From an uncultured virus (IMG/VR IMGVR_UViG_3300043085_000044) (taxonomy: Duplodnaviria > Heunggongvirae > Uroviricota > Caudoviricetes > Crassvirales), in IMG/VR virus record IMGVR_UViG_3300043085_000044: a stretch of 64,000 nt of DNA. The stretch is one strand, 5' to 3'. Every line of letters starts with the position of its first letter. Position 1 is the first letter of the stretch. The translations under genes and the position numbers were made by a program. The notes under the pieces were generated by a model. That model saw only the letters and a program-made list of their open reading frames with translations. It was not told where the DNA came from and ran no database searches. Positions 19,501-29,043 of the stretch are shown in pieces.

Positions 19501-19971
19501 CAGACTAACGGTTATAAGTTAGCTCTTGGTGGACATAAACACACTTATAGTCTTTCTTATCCTACTACTGAGAAGATTGTAGAGAAAGAGGGAGTGAGGT
19601 CAGTAGAATATAATGACCCAGAAATCAACAAGGATAATGGTGTTATCTATTCTATGAGCCAAGCAACTGGTTATAAGTTGGTGTCTAACAAGGAGTTACC
19701 TGGAAGTGGAATTTCATGGTTGAGAAAGTATTTCCCTGCTACAAGTAATGGAACTTCTCTCTCGGCTAATGAAGCTCAGTATTATCCTATGTATGGTTAC
19801 TACAAAGCAGCAGGTGATACTCTTATTGGAAAATCTTATGTAGTTGCAAATATCTACACAAGAAACTCCAAGAACTCTCCTGTGGCCTTTGATATCAACA
19901 ATCAGAGTACCAGCTTTAGGACAGAAAACTCAAAGATGATAGAGAACACAGAAATACAAATTGATTATTAA
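16516..19971 (+). CDS. Lamin-tail domain + FN3 + calcineurin-like (purple acid phosphatase-type) metallophosphoesterase
   Basis: Lamin-tail pattern SHNYVELAN...VNLNGIYLLY...LKGIIKAGSTFLIRG; FN3-like HKVILRGLKAGKYKYKIG; phosphoesterase motifs TTDQQ, TGDATQNG, GNNDL, FMHE, GHKHTY. Confidence 0.75.
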   Translation: MKKFRGIYKSFIEPQDKELIWYHLETEQLLYYTEGDWIPLIKLDGTAITIEGKNLVEIYHEVNEALGNIRAGITTVKTIEELESIQDPEVGDPAYVEETKELYIYSADGIWENNFVTTPNTSVVVSSEPPEDEDALWIDPDGDGTAYEDKTISALREEIAYLRKKVDALNSLLMYGAIAGNAAIGGRTQIMSTSNKQIKPEASTSDIEDSEEYEEPIVPDEARTIPNISIKMDTSANFTSNKNNLIDGEPIFITDLLSFAIYYKGSFIINSGNNSGNIDMSTPVDKDEIKEILGEMTLDSIQFKSLNGDTYAMEIDESGNLHWYKNANYDGVIGSAKSYGSYINDYLKINSVFIGGVGTKLNSFCACSHNYVELANGSTTDVNLNGIYLLYKGPDKTSWSSIALKGIIKAGSTFLIRGNRCSYSSNVTIDIVDFDQEWFVGGSLIEFEEGGGTFYLVCSQEGKFHNGTDWVTLDKIGTLNPYLDSNPPVGYIDLLGILGNKGGTVMAEGGSPITIKATEDIKKCIFTRAFTLDPCSQAQKAYTSKKSSTLCSYINMNTVGTEYYPYYSDKEKFKYQVKASKDNKNIYGTRTTFDEKEPNAVNIAFGIQATDNGDGATKCFNWISVGSYDEYLEFGLLDDAETTKMKSIDESTLDEYYADDSNVREFIGIYKRLHWLTTNNTAVTSHKVILRGLKAGKYKYKIGREGDSAYSKSGYFTVRTDAEVNESFEFAHTTDQQAFNFYEYQAWTKAALAIDKTHPEIHFTINTGDATQNGNRESEWLDYFNGRKYLDGKEEMYTIGNNDLCGITPYELGDGTAATYKINHKNFIYYFCYELDSQNPAIFKFVDSGLNEEYKGDVLEFGGDYFTYYMPSLYSFNYGKYHFVSLNSEFAAKTYRVYYDDANKETSFKAHAYYNMYRWMAKDYALHGELRNNIAFMHEIPFCITVGSSTTGVATARTISSGSKLNEDFSAGIAKTNVTDDSAKYTGGCCFSEFFQTNGYKLALGGHKHTYSLSYPTTEKIVEKEGVRSVEYNDPEINKDNGVIYSMSQATGYKLVSNKELPGSGISWLRKYFPATSNGTSLSANEAQYYPMYGYYKAAGDTLIGKSYVVANIYTRNSKNSPVAFDINNQSTSFRTENSKMIENTEIQIDY

Positions 19972-22900
19972 TGGGAACTCTACGTAAGAAAATTAATGGT
20001 GAGTGGGTAGCAATAGCTTCCTCTCAGGCAAGTGAGATAGGGGTCAAGGCCCCTAATCTCCTTCCTGATGGCACTTCAGAAACCAATGTAGAGCAAGTGC
20101 TCAGTGACTTTAAAGGAGATATAGACCTCCTTAAAAGCAATGTAAGCTGGCTTGCTAAACATGGTGGAGGTGGCTCAGGTGGTGGCTCAGGAAACACCAT
20201 AGATACTTCCTGTAAGATTGTAGTAGCAAATAAAGATAGTGGTTCAGAAGTCACCCTAAAGGATTCTGTGGCCATTCAGGTATTAGCCAGTGATTCTTCT
20301 TCAAAGTGGAATCTTTCGGTAATTGTTGAGAATGTAAGCATTAAGAGTGTCTCAGGAATTACCACAGCTTCAAAGACTACAATCGCCAAAACAGAAATAG
20401 AAAAAGCAGGGATAACCAAGAGCAAGTGTACAGTCAGTATAACTGCCACTAATCCCTCAACCTTGCAGAATGTCTACTGGACTGGTGTTATTAATATAGC
20501 GACAGCCAAAGTTTCTGTGGGTAATTTCAGCTTTGACTTCGGAGATTTTGATGGAAAAACAATCCTATTCTATTATAGTGTTGGTGTTTTAGGCAGATAT
20601 GACCTAAGGATAAATAATACTACAATAGTTCCAGGAATTGAGTTAACTACAAATGACGGAGAAATCGAAGTTAAAGTTAGTGATTTATATGAAAAGCTCG
20701 ACTTGCAGGTAGGTTCAAATACTCTAACTACAAGACTTATTAATTGTGACCAGACAGATATTATGTCTGATGATTATACTTCCTATATAACTATTGTTAC
20801 TGATGTACCTGTAATCCAGTGTACAGCCCTTAGTTTGCAGAAGGATAATCCTACACCAGTATATATGTCTAAGGGAGGTGTAGTAGTACAAGTTCCTTAT
20901 ACTGTCTACTACAACGGTGTGTCTTATAAAGTAAAAATCTACTCAGATTTAGATGCCCTAACACTTAACTCCATAGACTTTGATTCGATTAATACGTACA
21001 ATTCTTATAATAATACTTATCCTAATGGTAGCTATAAGTTGGGTGATGTTGATTTTGACACCCCAATAACCATTAAGATTGCCATACAAGACCAGAGTGC
21101 TGGTTTGCCTTTGTATGAGCAAGAGTTCTTTATTATAACGAAGAAATCTCAATATGACTTATTAGATAATGGCTGTGAGAAATCACTGCTATTTGACTAT
21201 ACAGCTTTCAGCGGTATCATAAACAATAAAGTTTGGACAGACAAACAAGCCTCTTATGCTTCATCTTTGAATATTGTAAATGTAAATAATTACAGCTCCT
21301 CAATAGATGCAGCAGAGAAAATGCTCAGGTTGCAGAATACTTCTTATGCAATCATTAAGCCTGATTCAGGATATCAGTCAATTTCTCAGGTTTTACTAAA
21401 TAGGTCTGCCCCAGCTTTCACCCTTTCAATTAGTTTTAAGGCTGATTTCCACCCTGACGATTATAGAACCATATTCCAATTTGCCAATCTCTATACTGAG
21501 GAGCATGAATATGAACCTCAGAGAGGTATTGTCATAAGAGACCATATGCTCTATGTGGGTGCGAATACCTTAACCTTGGAAGATGATACCCTGAATAATA
21601 TAACAATCTCTTATGCCAGAAATGAAGGAGAAACCTTTGGCTCAGCATTTGTCTATATAGATGGTGTTCCTGAGGCTGTATTCCAGATTAAGGCAACAGA
21701 TATTATTCCTGATTCAACAGCAAATATCTATCTTGCTTGCTCGGAAAAAGATGGTAAAACAATGTACTATTGTGACACTAATATATATAGGGTTACAATG
21801 TATAATGCCTGTCTTAATCCTTACCAGATTCTGTATGATTATGCAAATACACTTGCATATATGAATCCAACAGAAGAAGGACAGATAGATGCTTCATATA
21901 TCGAGGAATGTCTAAAGAGAAACTTTGTATCAACTTCAGAAGATGGAACAAGAACCTCATTATTGTGGAGTACAACAAACTCATTTAACAACAATAATAG
22001 TGATTTTTCAGACTGTTTTAACGTAGGTAATCTCGTTGGTGGTACTCCTATATCTCTAAAGGACACACTTGCCAATTATGACATTCCTATTCCTCTTATG
22101 CTGATTGATGTATCTTCAGCAGATGCTTGGACATGGAAAAACTTCATAACTCCTAATTCAGGGTTAAATCAGGTAAGTGGTTGTAGATTCCAATATCTCG
22201 ACCAAACTCAGGATAACAAATCAATTATTACAGGCTACTGTAATGTAAGTGTGCAGGGTACATCAACTTTGGCAGACTTCATTAAAAACTTGAATATTGA
22301 GTTCTCGGATAATACAGTATTTATTCCAAGAAAGAATTGGTTTCCTGAGACAACCTACACCTTGAAAGCTGATATTGTAGACTCCTCTCACTCACTCAAT
22401 GCCTCAATAGGTAAATTTGTGAATGAAGAATTAGGACTAAAGTATAATGATGATGGTACTCTCCAGAGTACAGATTCATGGTATCCTTATTCTGAGACAG
22501 TTCTTGAGTCTTATTCCAGCCAAAAGAAAAACACCAAGTCAGCTATAAGTACCTATTTCCCTCATGCCTCATTAAAGCATGGTGTAGAGGGATTCCCTGT
22601 ATTTGTTATCCTACAATTCGCAGGAGGAAAAACAGCTACACTGGGTATTTACCAGTTTATCTTAGGCCGTAATTCCCCAAGGAACTTAGGGTATGAAATC
22701 ATTACAGGAGTTGAGGGCATGGAATCTGATATTATCTATCCTTATTATAATGATAATGTACAGATAACCACTACTGATATTAAAGGCTACTGGGTGGAAA
22801 TGACTGAGAATAACACCTTTGGAGTTAGTGACAACTTCCAGGAGCTTGAGGAAGATGATATTAGAAAAACCAAACTCACTGGAGCTTTCTGGCAGACTGA

Positions 22901-25900
22901 TGGAATCAGGGAAACAACAGCATCCTATTCTCATGGTTTATACTATGATAAAGTAGCTGAAATAAAATATACTAATTTAGGCGCTGAGGCAGTTTCAAGC
23001 TTATATAATCTGCCACCCTTTGCCAAGTTTGTAAATGCAGTACAACAGCTTCCTGTGACCAATAGGAGGTATTCTAAGAATGGAGCATCATCTTTAACCA
23101 GAAACTCATTTATGAATATCGACTATCCTAAGTATCAATATCAGGAAGTTGGTACTAATACAGACTGGGTTGAGGTTTCAGGTGAATATAATCATATAGC
23201 CAGCAGGGGTGATGAACTTAATGGCATCTTGAATGACCTAAATATAGAGAGTATTTCCAAAGTATTTGTCATTTATATGCTCTATGGATTGCTTGATAAC
23301 TTTCAGAAGAATATGCCACTTAAATTCTATCAGAAAAAAGATGGCACATGGGAAAATGCAATCATAGGTATATATGATACTGACTCTGGAATTGGAGCTA
23401 CCAATGAAGCTGATATAAAAGTTACCCCATATCTTTGGTTGTGCAACTTTAAAAACGTGGATAAACAGCTTGTGGAAACCAGTGAGGTATTTGACCCTAA
23501 TAAGGTTACTACTATTATTGGTAATTCAAACAAGTTATGGTACTTAGATACAGCTCATTTGAATTATTCAATGGAGCAAGGTTGGTCAGATGATGGCAGT
23601 ATTTATACTTCTCAATGGTATTCACTCATTAATAAGCTGGGAGTCAGCAAGTTATCTGAGATAGTAGACCTATTTATGGATAAATACTTCCTGCCTCAAA
23701 CAGAGGGTTGTGGTGAAATCCTGTTCAACCTTACATACTTTACTAAGTATTTGAATAAATATGAGCAAAATGGCACTGAGGTAAATCAGTACTCAAAGCT
23801 ACATGGAAGAAGAATAGCTCAAGTAAGAAGCTGGCTTAATAAGCGAGTTAACTTCCTTGACTCATTATTTACTTCTATGGGGTCTACAATGCCATCTGCT
23901 CAGCAAACAGTGCTTGGTGGCAATGTCAACCTATCTACTGGTTCTGCTCCTACATTCAATCTTACAACAAATCATCCTATGGTGATTGCTGTAGACTCTC
24001 AGGGTTCAAATAATCAGTTTGTCTACATGGAGCCAAATGTGGAAACAGAGGTTTATTGGGGTTCATCTGATGTGACTTCTCAGCAGGTATCTCATACTAT
24101 CTCTTATCCAGACAGTATTCAGAAGTTAGGTAATGCTCAATATAAGCTAAGTGATATATATTACCAGAAGATTTCAGGTGGAGCACTGCCATATTTGACA
24201 GAATTTGATGTAAGTAACTGCACTAAGATTGAATCTCTCAATGCTGATGGTATGTCCAACTTTAAAAAGAATGGCAAATCTGAGCTTAGAGTTATTGATT
24301 GTACTGGTACAGCTAAAACCTCTATGTCAGGATTTAACTTTATCCTTAATCTTAGAGAAGGTTTCCAGAAACTTCAGGAGCTAAACATTAGGAACAGTTG
24401 TGTAACTCAGATTGAATTACCTACTGACCCTTCTATTCCTATTGCTTCTTTGGATGTTATGGGTAGCCAGTTGACAAGTATTAAGCTTGATGCTCAAAAT
24501 CTTTTGACTACAATCAACCTGACTAACTGTTCTAAGCTGACAGAGCTTGAAATTCTTAACTGTGAGCAGTTTACAACATTGTCATTAGATAAAACTCAAA
24601 GCTCGTTAAAGACTGTTTCCATTAACTCTGACTTCTTTGAGTCATTTAGTTGTATTGATAATAAGTCAGTTACCACTATTACCATAAACTCAAGTTCATT
24701 AAAGAGTGTCTATATCACTGGTTGTGAGAAACTTACATCAGTAACTATTAATGGTACAAGCCTCCAGAGTTTGGATTTACATAAAAATGCAGCATTATCT
24801 TACTTGGCCATCAATAAGCCACCTAAGAAATTGAATACGCTCAATCTAAATACTACACTGATTAGCACTATTCATTATGATACAGGTGCTCAGTATGATG
24901 GTTGGATGGATTTAAGCTGTTTCTCTGAGATATCCTATCTGGATTTGAATAACAACACAACTCTAAAGGAGATTGGGTTTGCCAATGATAGAGATAATCC
25001 ATTTGTTCTAAAGAGCTATTTTACCCAGTGTCCTAATCTTGAAAGGATTTATGGCCATGTGGATATAGCTGCATCAGGAATGTTTAGTGGTTGCAAGAAG
25101 TTCTCGTTGTTTGGAGCTACAAAAGAGGGGTCTATGTTTATGGAAAGAAATACATACGACTCTACAAACAAGAAAACAATCCACCCAACTGAGGAATCAG
25201 CTTTCTGGGATAGTGAAAACAATAGGATGGCTTTTGATGATTGGAGTATTGGAGCTACAAACTATACTGTATCAGCTACCGGTTTGGCTTCTTGCTTTGC
25301 TAATACAGCTTGTACAGTGTGGGATATTTATTATATCCTTTGTCAGATTGGCCCTAATACAACAAATCTATTTGGTGCTTTCCAGAATATCTCAAATGGA
25401 TTCAATGGGCAATCAGAAAATGATTCTCCTCATAGGAAAACATTTATGAATTGTGGTAATGTGACAAACATTAATTACATATTCTACAATTCATCGACCA
25501 ATATAGAGCTTGTTGGTCCATCAGTAGTAATCAAGAATTTCAAATTCACAGAGGAAATCAGTGAGGATAATGGCTTAATGAGTCCTCTTGTTAACCTTGA
25601 ATACTTCACTGATATGTTCTCAGGCAGTTATTATTGCAGCAGACATTTCTTCAGACGAAAAGAGGGTAACTATAAATTCAAGACTCTATCTTATTTCAGA
25701 CCAAGATGTGTGCTTCAATTCACTGAAACCCTAAAGCCTGGCACTATATTGAATCTTGGAGCTGATGGAGTGCTCTATTATATCAATAGTGAGAATACTG
25801 AGGTAGGAGATTTCAGTAACTTCTTTGAGAATATGCCTGAGATTGAATCAATCATTGCTTCATTGGATTCAATGTGGTATATAGATTTTGACAAATGCAA

Positions 25901-27668
25901 CAGGATTATACCTAAGAATGTCACTAAGGTTGAGGGTTCATTCACCTCTATGTACAGTAGGGGAATTTTGAAGATACCTGAACTATTCGAAAATCCTGAA
26001 AAGTTGGAATCCTTAAAAGGCTCATTCTTCTCCTCGAATATCAAGGGAGATATATACAGTACTTTGTATATAAATAATGACACCTTTAAAGGAATGACTT
26101 CTCTTAAGACAATAGGGCTTGATACTAATAGCAATAACAGTTATGCTTTCTATGGTAATGGTCTTATAAAGGTTATTAATTCAGGAGTCTTCCCATACAG
26201 CATTTTAAGCCCCTGTAAGGACACTATTGAAGATGTAAGCTATTTGTTCAGTGATATAGAATACAACGAAGCCTTGGGCACTGTAGAGCTTCCTGGGACA
26301 TTATTTATTAATACTCCCAACATCTCTACCTTGCTTGGAACATTTGCTTACTTCAATAATCCTTATACCCTGACTTCTGAGGGATTCAAGAACTGTCCCA
26401 ATATTTCCAATGTAAGGGAAATGTTCAAGAATACTGATAGCTGGAGCTGTAAGATGGTAGGTGGTATTCCTAAGAAATTCCTTTTCCACGGTTACTCAGG
26501 AGAGAAGACTTATAGTTATACCTACTTAGACCCAGATTCCAATATAGACCCAACAGCCTATTATGTGGAAGATGGTGTTACTTACTTCCCTGAAGTACCT
26601 GATGACCACATAAGACATCTTGAATTTACGGTTAAAGTGCCAAGGTCTAACATTAAGACTATTGCAGGTTGCTTTACAGGTATCAATTCTGATGCTTATG
26701 AGAATGAAAATCCTGAAATAGAGAACAATCCTGACTACAAGCCATTCAAATATTACATGGTTAATGATGTTTGGTTTGAGGTTGAGCCTAATTACAAGCC
26801 CTACACTTATATGTGGGAGTTTGATGGAGTCAATCACCCAGTAGAGAATATTGATAATTATCAGAGTTATGATGATAACCATGATGAAAACATCAGAGAT
26901 GGTAAAACTTTTGGGTCTGCTGGTACTATACCATGTAGCTTGAACTTCATTACCCCTCCTGATTTTCTTCGGTATTGTGGTTCTGCAACTGATTTAAGCA
27001 ACCTATTCAATAGTAATAGAGCGGTAGTCAATTACAGTAGCTTAACTTCTGATACATCTGATTATCTATACTTAGGATTGAAAGGCAGAATTTGCCCCTA
27101 TATGCTCAAACCTGTAACAAGTGTTACAACTATTTCAAATATGTTTAATGGTTGTACTCTGATTTCAGGCTATACATATGAGTCACAATACTTCCTGATT
27201 CCAAAGAGCTTCTTTAAGTATACAGCTAATCTTACTAACCTTGAGAGTTGTTGGTATAATAATGTGTTCAATTATAATATTACTCTTGATGTATTTAGCG
27301 CAGGAGCTAACTCCAAGAAAGCATTGAGTGTTGCTAATGCTTTTGGAAGCTGTATGTACAATACTACTGATAAAACCTCAGCTTATGTTGGGCCTATCTT
27401 CAGGGGAATCTCAATATATTCTCTTGCAGGATGTTTTGCAGTAAGAGGTTCAAGTGGAACAGGTACTCCAGGTGTCATCAATAAGCAGTATATAACCTTT
27501 GATACAGTCTTTGATAAAAACAAAATTGAAGAAGGAAAGGATACTGGAGTATTCAGTGGCTATGCTAAGGGTTATGTGACATTCAAGAATCCAGCATTGA
27601 GGACAGATATAGATTCAGGCAACTATAAGTATTTCGATGGAACTTCAGATTTCGATGAAACAAATTAA
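19971..27668 (+). CDS. Giant (2565 aa) protein: beta-rich/LamG-like region + CotH-like kinase + leucine-rich repeats
   Basis: VYIDG (LamG-like); CotH-type motifs VQGTST...KN, TLKAD, LGIY, LDNFQKN, YDTDSGIG; LRRs such as LQELNIRN and LTTINLTNCSKLTEL; TAATG coupling to the upstream gene. Confidence 0.7.
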   Translation: MGTLRKKINGEWVAIASSQASEIGVKAPNLLPDGTSETNVEQVLSDFKGDIDLLKSNVSWLAKHGGGGSGGGSGNTIDTSCKIVVANKDSGSEVTLKDSVAIQVLASDSSSKWNLSVIVENVSIKSVSGITTASKTTIAKTEIEKAGITKSKCTVSITATNPSTLQNVYWTGVINIATAKVSVGNFSFDFGDFDGKTILFYYSVGVLGRYDLRINNTTIVPGIELTTNDGEIEVKVSDLYEKLDLQVGSNTLTTRLINCDQTDIMSDDYTSYITIVTDVPVIQCTALSLQKDNPTPVYMSKGGVVVQVPYTVYYNGVSYKVKIYSDLDALTLNSIDFDSINTYNSYNNTYPNGSYKLGDVDFDTPITIKIAIQDQSAGLPLYEQEFFIITKKSQYDLLDNGCEKSLLFDYTAFSGIINNKVWTDKQASYASSLNIVNVNNYSSSIDAAEKMLRLQNTSYAIIKPDSGYQSISQVLLNRSAPAFTLSISFKADFHPDDYRTIFQFANLYTEEHEYEPQRGIVIRDHMLYVGANTLTLEDDTLNNITISYARNEGETFGSAFVYIDGVPEAVFQIKATDIIPDSTANIYLACSEKDGKTMYYCDTNIYRVTMYNACLNPYQILYDYANTLAYMNPTEEGQIDASYIEECLKRNFVSTSEDGTRTSLLWSTTNSFNNNNSDFSDCFNVGNLVGGTPISLKDTLANYDIPIPLMLIDVSSADAWTWKNFITPNSGLNQVSGCRFQYLDQTQDNKSIITGYCNVSVQGTSTLADFIKNLNIEFSDNTVFIPRKNWFPETTYTLKADIVDSSHSLNASIGKFVNEELGLKYNDDGTLQSTDSWYPYSETVLESYSSQKKNTKSAISTYFPHASLKHGVEGFPVFVILQFAGGKTATLGIYQFILGRNSPRNLGYEIITGVEGMESDIIYPYYNDNVQITTTDIKGYWVEMTENNTFGVSDNFQELEEDDIRKTKLTGAFWQTDGIRETTASYSHGLYYDKVAEIKYTNLGAEAVSSLYNLPPFAKFVNAVQQLPVTNRRYSKNGASSLTRNSFMNIDYPKYQYQEVGTNTDWVEVSGEYNHIASRGDELNGILNDLNIESISKVFVIYMLYGLLDNFQKNMPLKFYQKKDGTWENAIIGIYDTDSGIGATNEADIKVTPYLWLCNFKNVDKQLVETSEVFDPNKVTTIIGNSNKLWYLDTAHLNYSMEQGWSDDGSIYTSQWYSLINKLGVSKLSEIVDLFMDKYFLPQTEGCGEILFNLTYFTKYLNKYEQNGTEVNQYSKLHGRRIAQVRSWLNKRVNFLDSLFTSMGSTMPSAQQTVLGGNVNLSTGSAPTFNLTTNHPMVIAVDSQGSNNQFVYMEPNVETEVYWGSSDVTSQQVSHTISYPDSIQKLGNAQYKLSDIYYQKISGGALPYLTEFDVSNCTKIESLNADGMSNFKKNGKSELRVIDCTGTAKTSMSGFNFILNLREGFQKLQELNIRNSCVTQIELPTDPSIPIASLDVMGSQLTSIKLDAQNLLTTINLTNCSKLTELEILNCEQFTTLSLDKTQSSLKTVSINSDFFESFSCIDNKSVTTITINSSSLKSVYITGCEKLTSVTINGTSLQSLDLHKNAALSYLAINKPPKKLNTLNLNTTLISTIHYDTGAQYDGWMDLSCFSEISYLDLNNNTTLKEIGFANDRDNPFVLKSYFTQCPNLERIYGHVDIAASGMFSGCKKFSLFGATKEGSMFMERNTYDSTNKKTIHPTEESAFWDSENNRMAFDDWSIGATNYTVSATGLASCFANTACTVWDIYYILCQIGPNTTNLFGAFQNISNGFNGQSENDSPHRKTFMNCGNVTNINYIFYNSSTNIELVGPSVVIKNFKFTEEISEDNGLMSPLVNLEYFTDMFSGSYYCSRHFFRRKEGNYKFKTLSYFRPRCVLQFTETLKPGTILNLGADGVLYYINSENTEVGDFSNFFENMPEIESIIASLDSMWYIDFDKCNRIIPKNVTKVEGSFTSMYSRGILKIPELFENPEKLESLKGSFFSSNIKGDIYSTLYINNDTFKGMTSLKTIGLDTNSNNSYAFYGNGLIKVINSGVFPYSILSPCKDTIEDVSYLFSDIEYNEALGTVELPGTLFINTPNISTLLGTFAYFNNPYTLTSEGFKNCPNISNVREMFKNTDSWSCKMVGGIPKKFLFHGYSGEKTYSYTYLDPDSNIDPTAYYVEDGVTYFPEVPDDHIRHLEFTVKVPRSNIKTIAGCFTGINSDAYENENPEIENNPDYKPFKYYMVNDVWFEVEPNYKPYTYMWEFDGVNHPVENIDNYQSYDDNHDENIRDGKTFGSAGTIPCSLNFITPPDFLRYCGSATDLSNLFNSNRAVVNYSSLTSDTSDYLYLGLKGRICPYMLKPVTSVTTISNMFNGCTLISGYTYESQYFLIPKSFFKYTANLTNLESCWYNNVFNYNITLDVFSAGANSKKALSVANAFGSCMYNTTDKTSAYVGPIFRGISIYSLAGCFAVRGSSGTGTPGVINKQYITFDTVFDKNKIEEGKDTGVFSGYAKGYVTFKNPALRTDIDSGNYKYFDGTSDFDETN

Positions 27669-27702
27669 AACTTTGTTGTAACTAAAGTGAAATATTTATA
27701 AT

Positions 27703-27772
27703 ATTGCTTTTGAAGATTTTTCTAACTATCTTTGCCTTTGAGTCTTACCAGATTTGGAGGCAAAGATTTTTT
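27703..27772 (+). promoter_or_regulatory. Overlapping terminator and Bacteroidota-type promoter
   Basis: ATTG at 27703-27706, 20-nt spacer, TATCTTTG at 27727-27734; atctttgcct / aggcaaagat stem followed by a T run. Confidence 0.65.
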
Positions 27773-27789
27773 AATTAAACAATAATATT

Positions 27790-28167
27790 ATGAGAATAGA
27801 CTATATTGAAAGAAGTAATTTCGAGCCAAAGAATAAGAATGTATTGTGGCTTCACAATGGTGTATTCAAATATTGGAATGGCGGCTGGGTAACAATAGCA
27901 GGAACTGGGGATGGTACTGTTACTGGTGATATGCAAGCAGCCTATGATTACACTGATGCTCAAATTAAGAAGGTCAACAAGAATGTGACCTCAATCGGTG
28001 ATTCACTAAACAATATGAATGCCACAATCTCAAAGATGCAGGAGGAGCTTGATGATTATTCAGAAGATACAACTACCTTGAGTGATTCACTTGAGAAGTT
28101 GCAGTCTGAGATTACTTCTACTACTGAGAATCTTAATGAGATTAAAAATTGGTATGAATATTCTTAA
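27790..28167 (+). CDS. Small virion/fibre-like protein with coiled coil
   Basis: N-terminal SNFEPKNKNVLWLHNGVFKYWNGGW resembles the N-terminus of the 16516 protein; heptad C-terminus. Confidence 0.55.
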   Translation: MRIDYIERSNFEPKNKNVLWLHNGVFKYWNGGWVTIAGTGDGTVTGDMQAAYDYTDAQIKKVNKNVTSIGDSLNNMNATISKMQEELDDYSEDTTTLSDSLEKLQSEITSTTENLNEIKNWYEYS

Positions 28168-28597
28168 ATTAATTCTTTCCATTTCACTTATATGTGTAAT
28201 GGGTTCTTGTAGGACAATAACAAGAACTATTGAAACTGAGGTACCTGTACCTGTGGAGGTAATCAAAAAAGAGTATGTTTATAGCTATAACTATGACAGC
28301 ATTGCTCAAAGAGATAGTGTGGATAGGTACACCAGGAATGACACAACTTTCATTTACAGGGAAAAAGAGGTCTGGAAATACAAGGTTAGGGTTGACACCA
28401 TAACCCAGACTGACAGTATTCAAGTACCTGTGGAAGTTAGGACAACAGAGACTATAACAAAGGAGGTGAATGTATTATATTGGTGGCAAAAGATTCTATT
28501 GTGGATAGGCGGTGCTTCCTTAATTGGATTATTGTGCTGTTTATTTAATGTGGGGTCTTTTATTAAAAAGATTATTAACACTATTAGAAAACAATGA
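28154..28597 (+). CDS. Lipoprotein with C-terminal TM helix, candidate unimolecular spanin
   Basis: Signal peptide and lipobox MNILKLILSISLICVMGS|C; C-terminal hydrophobic helix ILLWIGGASLIGLLCCLFNV; lies in the lysis cassette. Confidence 0.6.
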   Translation: MNILKLILSISLICVMGSCRTITRTIETEVPVPVEVIKKEYVYSYNYDSIAQRDSVDRYTRNDTTFIYREKEVWKYKVRVDTITQTDSIQVPVEVRTTETITKEVNVLYWWQKILLWIGGASLIGLLCCLFNVGSFIKKIINTIRKQ

Positions 28598-28600
28598 CGT

Positions 28601-29023
28601 ATGTTTGAGGCTTTAATTACAGGCGTCGTGGGAGTCATAGTAGCATGGCTAACCCATATGATTACCAAAAAGAAGTACACAAGTGAAGTGGAGAACAGCA
28701 ATATCAAAAATATGCACGATTCACTGGACTTCTACAAAGAGCTGAGTGATGACCAGCAATCCCGCATTACCACCTTTATGGACCAAAATGAGGGGCTTGC
28801 ACATAAGGTTGAATTACTTGAGCAACAGGTTAGAGAGTTGAAGCAGGTAGTGGAAAACACTGAGAAGCTGAAACAGGAAAACCAAAATATCAAAGATGAG
28901 AACCAATCTTTGAGGCTTGAAAATCAAGCACTTAGAGATAAGCTCGATGAAATCCTTTCTATTAACGTATTACCAGTAGAGGTAAAGCCAAAGAAGAATA
29001 CTAAGAAAAAGAAATCAGACTAA
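28601..29023 (+). CDS. N-terminal TM + coiled-coil protein (holin-like or lysis accessory)
   Basis: Single TM helix ALITGVVGVIVAWL followed by long heptads and a basic tail. Confidence 0.5.
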   Translation: MFEALITGVVGVIVAWLTHMITKKKYTSEVENSNIKNMHDSLDFYKELSDDQQSRITTFMDQNEGLAHKVELLEQQVRELKQVVENTEKLKQENQNIKDENQSLRLENQALRDKLDEILSINVLPVEVKPKKNTKKKKSD

Positions 29024-29043
29024 GGTAGAGTAGTTTTTTTCAT

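Noticed and set aside
10565..27668. Diversity-generating retroelement acting on fibre or LRR genes
   Set aside because: No reverse transcriptase in the window and no near-identical repeat pair differing only at adenines was seen; the repeats are diverged protein modules
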